Below are positions 49,862 to 61,102 of a stretch of 64,000 nucleotides of DNA, piece after piece. The stretch's first letter is position 1, and the number at the start of each line of letters is the position of its first letter. The translations under genes and the position numbers were made by a program. Source of the DNA: Macrostomum lignano. Lineage: Eukaryota. Where the stretch lies: NCBI GenBank assembly GCA_002269645.1, contig NIVC01000477.1:111021-175020 (forward strand), in the 5' to 3' direction. The notes under the pieces were generated by a model. That model was not told where the DNA came from and made no database searches. It saw nothing but the letters and a program-made list of their open reading frames with translations.

Positions 49862-52800
49862 CTACATTATAGTCTTCTCCGAATAAACTGATCCGAGTCG
49901 AGAATTCCAGACTCTCGACCTGGCAGCCAGCATCAGACCAAAGCAAGCCGCCAGCAAAAGCAGCATCGAGGATGCTAAACTAATCAGCAGATAGTTTCCT
50001 CGATTCTCATGATCAGCATTATCATCGACCGTCATTCGACTTTTTGCAGTTTTCATTAGACAGAAAAATGACTTCAATCTGCGAGAAGCCGGCTTCATCG
50101 CTTCGTCCATGACAACGGGACTGCACGGATTTGTGAAGTTAATTAGTGACTTTTTTATTACGGTACCTGTTGAATCTTCGTCCAAAAATGAAAACGATCA
50201 TGATTTCGATATTAGAACTAAATTATTAACATGATAATATGTATGGAGGTTGTAATGTAAGGCATAACTGCAGGAGAACAAGAAACCATTATTAAAGCGA
50301 AAAAACGTTCGACTTTTTCAACCATTACAGACTCACCTGTCTAAGCCTCGTCTGATGAAAATTTCACCAACGTCGTCGTGCCTCCCTGCTAGAAGTTCCG
50401 TGGATCCCGGCTGCAACCTCCTGCGGCACTCCGCCAGCGCCAGGCGGGGACTGACTGCTCGTACCATCAAAGCGCAGCCTGCTGACGGCTCCGACTTTGA
50501 CAGCAGTAGCGGTCGGAGCGGCGGTGGGCAGCGACGATCGCCAGCAGCTTCGAGCGACTCAACGGAATCCACTGGCTGCCGATGTCGTCGCTGAGGCGCC
50601 TTGCAAAGGTGAAAGTGTCGCGCCTCTGGTTGGTACGTCCGCCACACCAGCCTCGGTCGAGCGTCCATCAGGAAGCCGAAGTTCATAGGCGGGTTGCTGG
50701 GACCGACCAGCCAGTTTCTGAAAGGGGGAGATTCTGCATGTACAGTATTTAATAATGATCTGTTTCAGGTTGTGTCCGTTTTTGTATATTACATAAACTC
50801 ACACGCTGACATTAACGCTCGTGTTGTCCTTGAGCCACTTGAACTTCCCTCCGTCTGCCTCGTCTCTGTACAGTCCGGTCCACGCTGCGTCTCCTTGAAA
50901 CCTGCAGTCTCGGCACTGAGCTCTGTAGTCTTCTCTGAGTCTCCAGTTCCTTGCTGAGTAGTCAGTAACCCAGTCCATCTCGGCTTGAGAATCGATCCAG
51001 AGCAGGTGAGCAGACGGGTCTCGTCTCTGACAGTCAGACACGGCCTCGGTGAGGTTCCTTCCATTGGATCCCTTGACCAGGAGGTAGCAGAAGCCATTGA
51101 ATTGCAGCCAGTCCTGTGACGGACAGGCCCCTTGAAGAGCTGTGGTTGTGGTTGGCATAACGGTGGTTGTTTCAGGTGTCGACTGCAGAGTAGTAAGATC
51201 TTGAGTAGTGGGTGGCACAGTAACAATTTCATAAGTTGTTGTCGGCTCCCTTGTTGCGATAGTTGTTGTTGCTGTCGCAACAGTGGGTGCCGTTGTGCTG
51301 ACAAACACAGGCGCTTTGCAGAAGTGATAGTGCTTGGCTTCAGGCGAGTAGGTTCGGAAGTACAAGTCGTTCGTTGTTTCATAAATATAAGCGTAATTTT
51401 TCGGTGGATTTTGAGGATCTATAAAAAACCATCGCCTAAAGTGAAAGGAAACTCGTCGAATAGAAACGGGTTGAATCATACCGATTCACCGAAAAACAAG
51501 AAGTTTACATTCACTTACCCAATGACATTCACTTTGGAGTTGTCCCTGAGCCACTTAAACCTTCCTCTGTCCGTTTCATTTCTGTACAGTCCGGTCCATG
51601 CGGCGTCTCCCAGCTGCCGGCAGTCTCGGCACTGAGCTCTGTAATCTTCTCTGAGTCTCCAGTTCCTTGTTGAGAAGTCCATCACCCAGTCCATCTCGGC
51701 TTGAGAATCGATCCAGAGTAGGTGAGCAGACGGGTCTCGTCTCTGACAGTCAGACGCGGCCTCGGTGAGGTTCCTTCCGTTGGATCCCTTGACCAGGAGG
51801 TAGCAGAAGCCCTTAAACTGTAGCCAGTCCTCTGACAGACATGAACCTTGAGGGATTTCTGATTTTTTAGTAGTCAACCCCATAGTAATCGAAGTCTGCC
51901 GCTCAGAAATCGTAGGTTCTAAAGTGACAGTTTCAGCAGTTTTTGTCGGCAATGACAAGCTAGACAATGGCGGCATCGTGGAAGATGATGGTGTTGCGCT
52001 GACAAGCTTAGGTGCTTTGCAGAAATGATAAAAGTTTAATCCTGATATAGAGGTTCGAAAGTACAAGTTGTTCAACGATTCATAAATGTAGCCATAGTTT
52101 CTGGGTGGATAAGCAGGATCAAAGACGAACCATTCTCTGAAATGACGACAGACGACATATTTGGCTTTTGAAAATAGCGAATCCTTTATGCCACTTTGAA
52201 ACAGGCTTCGAAGCTTTTCTGTCGGCATTTACATGAAAAATCAAGCAAAATTTTCTAGAATGCCTCGTAAAAAGACGCTGTCTATATGAAATATTTCTTA
52301 AAAGATAGCTAGCTGTAATGTGACATTACAAAGATTAATATTTCATTGACTGTTTTAGCATCTCCCATTTATCATAAATAGCACTATGGATACATCTTTA
52401 AGGACATTTACTGTTTACTCAAATTAAACTCAAAAGTTTGCAACTGCAAAATAAACAACCTGCAAATATAAACTATATCTAGCCTTAAGACATGCAAATC
52501 ATGCAAAAATAGGTATTTTTACGATAGAAAAGCAACGATTATGTTATTTACAGCCGTTTCAATCAAAATTTCCTAGCGAAGTTATTTATGAAAATCATCC
52601 GCAAAAAACAGGTAAAATAATAGGTGCAAACAAGTAAAGCGATCTCACACTGTGACTTCCAAATTTGAGTTGTCCCTGAGCCACTTGAAATTCCCACCAT
52701 CTGCCTCGTCTCTGTACAGTCCGATCCACGCTGCATCTCCTTGATGCCTGCAGTCTTGGCACTGAGCTCTGTAGTCTTCTCTGAGTCTCCAGTTCCTTGC

Positions 52801-53070
52801 TGAGAAGTCCATCAACCAGTCCATCTCGGCTTGAGACGTGACCCAGAGCAGGTGAGCAGACGGGTCTCGTCTCTGACAGTCAGACACGGCCTCGGTGAGG
52901 TTCCTTCCGTTGGATCCCTTGACCAGGATGTAGCAGTTGCTCCCGTATGACAACCAGTCGGTAGGGCAGTCAACGGCGTCTGCAGCCTGGTGACACAGCT
53001 GTAGGCTCAGCATCATCAGCAGCCACAGTGTGAATGCATATCCTAAAGCTTTAGCTTGTCCCCTATTCAT
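49862..53070 (-). CDS. Lectin gene B: signal peptide - 3 atypical C-type lectin domains with S/T linkers - degenerate CTLD - TM - short tail (about 775 aa)
   Basis: Exons 53070-52649, 52136-51519, 51435-50803, 50717-50368 (or 50337) and 50166/50175-49862. Motifs CP..DW..F.G.CY, A.SDC, AAWTGL, FKWL.DNS, HFCK. TM segment YLLISLASSMLLLLAACFGLMLAA. The last junction needs the weaker donor at 50367. Confidence 0.8.
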
Positions 53071-53873
53071 ATTCAGAGTTCTTCTGTACAGCAAACTAGA
53101 CCTTATACTTGTAGCGCACAGTATTTGCCTGCTTCAGTTAGCCTTGACACCTGATTTAACATTGAGCTATAGCCCGACTTATTAGTTGCTACTTTTTACA
53201 GTGCTGCCACCAGTTGCGAATAGTTAAATAACTTAAATAATTGAAAGGAGAGATTCTCCTCGCTGATAAGATACGGGTATCGTGATTCTGCCCTTCCTAA
53301 GGAACATTAAAAGGCTAAATGTGTGTCGTCCTTGTGCGTAAAGACTGTGCCTTATTACTTACGAGTAATACATGTAGCTAGTTTATCCCAGATTTATTGC
53401 GAGGTATAGAAAATCCAATAGCAAAATAGCATATGAAAATCGAACCTCCACCATTGGTTCAGATTCGCTAGAAAAAAGTCAAACAACAAAGTTGAATGGC
53501 TAAACAAAAATATACGCCAGTCTATTTTTATGTGTTTACTTGTTTTGCTTGTTATACATTTACTGCATATGCAATAAAATAATTTATTGCTCATTTTCAC
53601 GTCATCAATTGGTGTGTACTTAAGTTTTTAAAATCCTAGCAGAAAAGCCAAAATGACCAGACTGGCCAGCAGACAGCGCACACAACCCGCCTGACATCTC
53701 GCTGCAGACCGCGGAAGAGACGCCTCGACGCCGCAGAAGAAGGTGCGAAGCCGACGCCGCCTCGCCAATTGGTTGCCACGAAAACTGCGGGCAGGCAACG
53801 CGGCGGATTCGAGACTCAATGAATCGGTCAGGCAAATCCGTAACAAAAAATCGCATCGGCTCTTGAAACTCAC

Positions 53874-56800
53874 CTGGCGAAAGGTTTAGCAAAGTCCACG
53901 CGCCTCCCCACCAGAAGTGCCGTGGACCCCGGCTCCAACCTCCTGCGGCACTCCGCCAGCGCCAGGCGGGGGCTGACTGCTCGTACCGTCAAAGCGCAGG
54001 CTGCTGACGGCTTCGACTTTGACAGCAGCAACGGTCGGAGCGGCGGCAGGCACCGGCGATCGCCAGAAGCTTGGAGTGACTCAACCGAATCCAGTGGTTG
54101 TCGATGCCGTCGCTGAGGCGCCTTGCAGAGGTGAAAGTGTCGCGCCTCTGGTTGGTACGTCCTCCACACCAACCGCGGTCGAGAGTCCATCAGGAAGCCG
54201 AAGTTCATGGGCGGGTTGCTGGGACCGACCAGCCAGTTTCTGTAAGGTCAGAGATTTTATATTAGTGATTCGTTTTAGGGTGTTTCCGTTCATCTTTATG
54301 GCAGTAAAGCTCACACGCTGATGTTGACAATGCCATTTTCCATGAGCCACTTAAACTTCCCTCCGTCTGCCTCGTCTCTGTACAGTCCGGTCTACGCTGC
54401 GTCTCCTTGAAACCTGCAGTCTCGGCACTGAGCTCTGTAGTCTTCTCTGAGTCTCCAGTTCCTAGCCGATGTGTCCATCACCCAGTCCATCTCAGATTGA
54501 GACGTGACCCAGAGCAGGTGAGCAGACGGGTCTCGTCTCTGACAGTCAGACACGGCCTCGGTGAGGTTCCTTCCGTTGGATCCTTTGACCAGGAGGTAGC
54601 AGAAGCCCTTAAACTGCAGCCAGTCCTGTGACGGACAGGCACGTCGAGGAGCTGTGGTGGTCGTTAGCATAACGGTAGTTGTTTCAGGTGTCGACTGCAG
54701 AGTAGTTAGGTTTGGACTAATCGTTGGCAAAGTAACAATTTCATGAGTTGTTTTCGGCTCCCTTGTTGCAATAGCTGTTGTTGCTGTCGCACCAGTGGGG
54801 GCTGTTGTGCTGACAAACACAGGCGCTTTACAGAAGTGATAGTGCTTGGATTCAGGTGAGTAGGTTCGGAAGTACAAGTTGTTTACTGTTCCATAAATGT
54901 AGCCATAGTTTCTTGGTGGATTACCTGGCTCTAAAAAAACCAATTCCTGAAAGGAATGAAATTTACTTATGTTTGAAATGGAGCTAAAGCCAATTGTAAG
55001 AACTATAAGCAAATTTAAATGCATCACTTACACGGTAACATCTAGATTGGAGTTATCAATGAGCCACTTGAAATTCCCTCCGTCTGCCTCGTCTCTGTAC
55101 AGTCCGGTCCAGGCGGCATCTCCCAGGTTCCTGCAGTCTCGGCACTGAGCTCTGTAGTCTTCTCTGAGTCTCCAGTTCCTTTCTGAGTAGTCGGTAACCC
55201 AATCCATCTCGGCTTGAGACGTGACCCAGAGCAGGTGAGCAGACGGGTCTCGTCTCTGACAGTCAGACACGGCCTCGGTGAGGTTTCGTCCGTTGGATCC
55301 CTTGACCAGGAGGTAGCAGAAGCCTTTAAACAGCTGCCAATCCACTGATGGGCATGAACCCTCGTTCTCGTTGGGCCGTGTTGTTTCCTCTGCAATAAAT
55401 TATACACAGGTCTAGAAACAAAAAAGTATTTTCAACTTTCAGTTTTTTAACTTCAAAGCTGAATCTAAATCCTGCTAGTTAATTGCTTTGCCGTAGACTT
55501 TTCATTTATGTTATTTTGTCATACGTTTTTAGTAGGTCTTTCTGTCGTGAATTCTGATAGTGCTCCTGTCGATTGCTCGGTTTGTAGATTCATTCGTCGG
55601 TCTGTTGTTGATTCAGTCCAATTGAAAACTGAAGAAATCGTTGTAAATTTTGTTGTTTGTCGTTCTGTTTTATCTGTTTGTAGTTCTGTCAATATCTTTT
55701 TGTTGTTCCATTTATCTTTACTGCTGTTTTTTCCGTCAATCGTTTTCTTGTTGATTCGGAAGAAATTTCTGTTGTTGGTTGTGTGAAGCGTTCTATTTGT
55801 CCTCTCATTGATCGTTTCGTTTGTGGTTCTGTGTCTTGTTACGAGCTATTCTTTATCCTGTTATCCTGTTATTTTTTTGTCAGTATATTTGTTTTTTATT
55901 CCGTAAGTTTGTCTGTTGTGTTGGTTCCGTGAATAGTTCTGTTGCTGATTTTGACGATGTGCTGTTGTTTGTTGTGTTGATCGTTCTTGTTGATGTGGTT
56001 CTGTCTATCCTTCTGTTATTCATATCGTCAGTCTCTCTGTTACGAGAGCATTGATTCCGTCAACAGTTCGGCTTTTCGTTCCGTTGACGGTGCTAAAGCT
56101 ATTGTTGGTCACTTTTTCGATCGTTCTGTTGAGGGTTTTATCGGTGGCTCCGTATTTTTTCTGTACTCGACACTGTCGTGTATTCGGTCGATTGTTTTGC
56201 TGTAGACGCCAGTGCTGTTGTTATTTTTTAGCCAGCTACTTCTATTATATTTTTGCACAAAAGTGGAGTTATGAGTGGAGTGTAGTGTATGAAGGCTAAC
56301 TCACTTTTGAGACAAAAAAGGTTAATAATAACCCCATTTCGCATTGTAATTTGGCCCCTGTATTTTTGGGTCGTCATGCTCACTTAAGGCGGCATGTTTA
56401 GGCATCAACGGCTGTCATTATAATGAGTCTCTATGGGGTCCATAGGTGGCGTCATAGAAACGCCATAATCTGAATGAACTACTTCTGACAAACGTTTTGA
56501 ACGTACCAATATGTCGAGTGCCTAAATAAGTGACAGTGTCCTCAAATCCACCAGGCTTCTGAACGATCACGCTCAGATTGTACTCAAGACCTGTGTGCAA
56601 ATTTTTGCATGTAGCCATCGGAACCGTCGATTTGACAACTGTGACATCGCTGTTAGTGCCGACACGACTGCAGGTGAGCGCGTAGGTGACTGCTGGAGTG
56701 TTGGACTCCGACCAGCTCACTGTAATTCCAGTCTCGTACACCGCGTATTGAACTTTGTTGACATCTATGGGGAATAGTTCTGAAATTTTGTTTTGCAAAT

Positions 56801-59123
56801 ACATGTCCACTGAAACAGGTATGGAGGTCATCATGAACGTAGCAACGAAAGTGCACAAAATTCAAATTGCGGTTTGAACAACATTCGAAAAACACGAATA
56901 TTGTTTTTCGCAACAACTTTTGCCAAGGCAAAGGTGGCAGTTCCAATAATTACATTAGGGCTTTAGTGCATTTCTGGCTCGGGAAAACAAAAGTATAGCT
57001 ACATGGTGCTACAGAATATTCTTACGAAAAAACAAGGCATTATAATTATTGAAAGTCAATTAGAAATAAGCTTATAACATGCACTTAAATAAAATCTTTT
57101 ATATTGAAATTTCTAGAATGTACTTTTAGCGTGATTGCTTACAAATGTCTCTTTTTCCCCAAAGCATGCAATTTTTACAAAAATAGATTATGGCACCGAA
57201 ATATTGCTAATAACTGCTTACTGGTAAGCGCCGTGCCTCGAACATAACTAGACTGAGGAAATCCCGGCTTCACAGTTCGAACTGTCACATCGATGCTGGC
57301 GCCAGATTGCAGATTGCTGCACAGGACACTGTCGCCATCGACAATTCCTGCGCAGCTGACTTCGTAACGGATGCCAACATCGGGCGACGGAACCCAATGG
57401 ACTCGAAAACTGGTCTCATCAATGTCAGAGAAGTGCAACGGCTCTGGTAGATTGCTGAGGGCTGACGATATGAGGCTTCGAGTTAGTACTTATTTGTTAG
57501 ATATTTATCAATTAAACGAGACTATCATGCAACTGCCGCGTGAAATCACGCCATCGGTAGCGCGGCGATTCAAGGTCAAATGCTAAATAAGGCAGAACTG
57601 CCACGCACAGTGCGCGTGATCTATGGGTAAACAAAACCAAGGTATCCTCGTTCAGTTACGTGCACATGAATTTGGTGCTTGTGCCTTAACATTACGAGCG
57701 TATAACTACCAAGGGGATTCCCCCCCCTGACATTTTTTGCTGCACCGGAACGGAGCAATGCAGGCACACAGAACTCCAGAACGTCGAGATTTTTAACGAT
57801 TCTACCAGAAGGTCGGATTTATTGATTTTCCTTGTATTGCATGATTTAATAATGTACGTGCTTTATTCAGTTCGCTATGTACGCTGATTGAGCCCAGGCC
57901 CATTACACCCACCCCCTCCGCGCTGGCTGATATTCTGACTGACTGCAAATAAATATATCATCGAGAGGGCTTGCTAGCCCTATGTACAGTTTACGGTTTA
58001 CGTTTCGTTTTGTTATCATCTCGCATGAGCCTCAGCTCCAGATAGTTTGGCGGACCATCGGTCTCTTCATTTCTACAGTACACCTTCAACAGGTGGCAAC
58101 AGATGACTATGGACACCCTGTTGCAAATTTCTTTAGTTTCGCTGATCAAGCCTTGATAGTGAGCAAGCCTCAACTGCTGGACATCCTCAGCTAGTCTTTC
58201 AAACATTCCGTCATCACCCCGACGCCGTCAGCACCTTCAACAGGTGGCACCAGGTGACTATGGACACACTGTTGCAAATGTCTTCGATGTCGCTGACCGA
58301 GCATCAGTAATGGGCAAACTTCAACTCCTGGTACGAGAATTCTCAACCTGTTGAAGGCAGAATCGTCGAATATCTCGACGGTCCGGAGGGCTGGCGATTT
58401 GATTCTTGTTTGAGAAGTTGTGCGCAACAAAAAGTTTGTCCGTGTTCTGGAGTTTCGTGTGCCTGAGTTGCATCGTTCTGGCGCAGTAAAAACAATTGTG
58501 TCCCCCCTTGGTAACTCGACGGGTGGAAAGATGGTTTGCCATTCCGCTGTTAAAATTGACATTTGGGCAATTCTCGCCTATGAAGGTCAGAGGTCAGGCC
58601 CCAAGGCTGACACAAGGTATGTACATTGCCTGATGATAAGAAAGTCAGGGCTGCTGAACACCCTGTGTTAGTGCCCGCCTGCGTACACATCTGTCCCCAG
58701 TAACAAAAACCCGTGTTCAACTTGCCTTATGCTTCACTCTGTCTCACCTGTCTTGGCATTCAAAACGTAGGACGGACTCAATTCGCAGTCGCGATGCCCA
58801 GCCTGCAGCAACACCACGTATTCCATGGCGGGAATCAATCCGGAAAATTTGTACGTGGTACCCGAGGTGGTGATTTGCTGTTCGTGACCTGTACAGCCGG
58901 GACAACTGAGCACGTAGTAAAAGTCCCATAGCTCCGGTACGGTCGATGGCTGCAGCCAATCGACAATGATTTCCGACACAGTTGATCGACGAACAATCGC
59001 TAGGGTGATTTTGTCGACTTGGTTTGGGTTGGCAACGCCGCACCTGATGTTTGCCTGCACATTTGAGCTAATTAAACAGCAGCTCAGGATTAAAAAGCAT
59101 GAGAGATTCCAGTTCGAGCTCAT
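53874..59123 (-). CDS. Lectin gene A: signal peptide - 3 FN3 - CTLD - Thr-rich linker - CTLD - degenerate CTLD; disrupted as assembled, 3' end unresolved
   Basis: Exons 59123-58748, 57443-57222, 56809/56779-56507 and 55389-55032 are joined in phase 1. Exons 54946-54315 and 54239-53874 are joined in phase 2. FN3 hallmarks: V.W....Y.L.C; L.P.xEY.V. Exon 54946-54315 has a 1-nt loss in a T-run and a TGG>TAG change at 54392-54394. Confidence 0.72.
57709..58511. mobile_element. Candidate non-autonomous element (MITE-like) with degenerate long inverted ends
   Basis: TA-CCAAGGGG ... CCCCTTGG-TA termini. 57720-57805 is an imperfect reverse complement of 58360-58510. A related partial copy lies at about 34930-35310. 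Confidence 0.45.
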
Positions 59124-59349
59124 CTCGAGTGGAGAAAGTTAATTAATCTTTTAAGTATATTAGTCTGAGCACAGTCTGCGCTCGTTTCTCTAAGACCACT
59201 CTTGACTCTGAGACCGCAGGCAGATATAGTGTGAAATTGCACAGCTGGTCAGCTAAGATAAGAGAGAAAAAGAAACTAAGGTTTATGGCCAGATAAAGTA
59301 ACAATTTTTTCGCAAAAAACTGATGCACTATTTGGTAAAGTTCGATCTA

Positions 59350-59870
59350 ACTACCACTTCTGTTCCACCAGTCTGGATCTAGCTACCGTGCTTCTGCTCA
59401 ACCAGTCTGGATCTAACTACCACTTCTGCTCTACCAGTCTGGATCTAACTACCACTTCAGCTCTACCAGTCTGGATCTAACTACCACTTCCGCTCTACCA
59501 GTCTGGATCTAACTACCACTTCCGCTCTACCAGTCTGGATCTAACTACCACTTCTGCTCTACCAGTCTGGATCTAACTACCACTTCCGCTCTACCAGTCT
59601 GGATCTAACTACCACTTCTGCTCTACCAGTCTGGATCTAACTACCACTTCCGCTCTACCAGTCTGGATCTAACTACCACTTCTGCTCTACCAGTCTGGAT
59701 CTAACTACCACTTCCGCTCTACCAGTCTGGATCTAACTACCACTTCTGCTCTACCAGTCTGGATCTAACTACCACTTCTGCTCTAAAGTCTGGATCTAAC
59801 TACCACTTCTGTTCTACCAGTCTGGATCTAACTACCACTTCTGCTCTACCAGTCTGGATCTAACTACCAG
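59350..59870. repeat. 32-bp array (ctggatctaactaccacttctgctctaccagt)
   Basis: About 16 copies, no spacers. Confidence 0.96.
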
Positions 59871-60281
59871 TAGAGCTAGTGAGTAAAATGCAGCTACGAT
59901 CATAATTAATCAAGTCGATATGCCCCACTAGCACCCAGAAGTCTTCTGACGAGTACATTGCTCATTAAAAAAATAAATAAGGGCTGGAAATTCTCTTCTA
60001 CACAGTATTTTGTACGCCGTGAATACTTTCGATAACAGTCACAGATAATGATCTGTATACGGGTTTGACTTCAGTTTTTTACATTCCAACCTCTACATCA
60101 CTGGAGTAAAAAATGTCAAAACTATTGCATAACATCACATAGGCATTTTTGCAATGGCTTTATCTGACCTAATGAGCAGGAGCAGATACAATTACAAGTG
60201 TACTATCAAACATCTCTTGTCCTGTTATTCCTGTAATGAACTTGGCCTGAAACTGTTACTTGCAACTTTAGGCATTCTACC

Positions 60282-60510
60282 CTGAGCTACTCTGAGCTAC
60301 TCTGAGCTACTCTGAGCTACTCTGAGCTAGTCTAAGCTACTCTAAGCTACTCTAAGCTACTCTGAGCTACTCTGAGCTACTCTGAGCTACTCTGGGCTAC
60401 TCAGAGCTACTCTGAGCTACTCTGAGCTACTCTGAGCTACTCTGGGCTACTCAGAGCTACTCAGAGCTACTCTGAGCTACTCTGATCTACTCTGAGCTAC
60501 TCAGAGCTGC
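60282..60510. repeat. 10-bp array (ctgagctact)
   Basis: Direct. Confidence 0.95.
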
Positions 60511-61102
60511 CTATGGCTAGTATATGCTACTATTCCTTTTGATTTGAATTCTATACTATCAACCTCATGATACCATCAATCACACATCCAAGTGCCCATT
60601 TTAAGGTTTCCTTATAGTCCTTATAGTTTGCGCTTAGTTGGAATTTAAATATAGCTTGCTAACAGAAATTAAGCATCCTTTCACGAACGATATCGCGTGA
60701 GTAACGTTAAAAACGTATACAAAAAGTTTTTGCTACTGATTAGGATAACAGCACACCAAATATGTTGTAAGTTTTTATAGTTTCAATCGTAGTGTTTGGA
60801 CATCCTTCAATCTCAAGTAACAGTTTACAGTGGTCTTTATTTAGTTGAAAATCAAGTTCTTTATTAAAAGTTTCAGGATTGTTTCATTTAGAATACGAAA
60901 ACAGGTACAAAACTTTAAGGCGCGTACATGATATAAAGACTCAATCGAAAGACCTTCAATCAGAGATAAACAATATTTGAAATAAAAGTATTTGCAGTCA
61001 AAGCTCAAAACTAAACAGGTAGCTCTTTAAGCTACCTGTTTCTAAGAAAAGGCAAGCGTGTTTTTTGCAATAAATATTCAAAAAGAACAGAGTAACGCCA
61101 AT

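Noticed and set aside
59350-59870. CRISPR-like 32-bp repeats
   Set aside because: Head-to-tail with no unique spacers, no cas genes and a eukaryotic context. The same applies to the other arrays.
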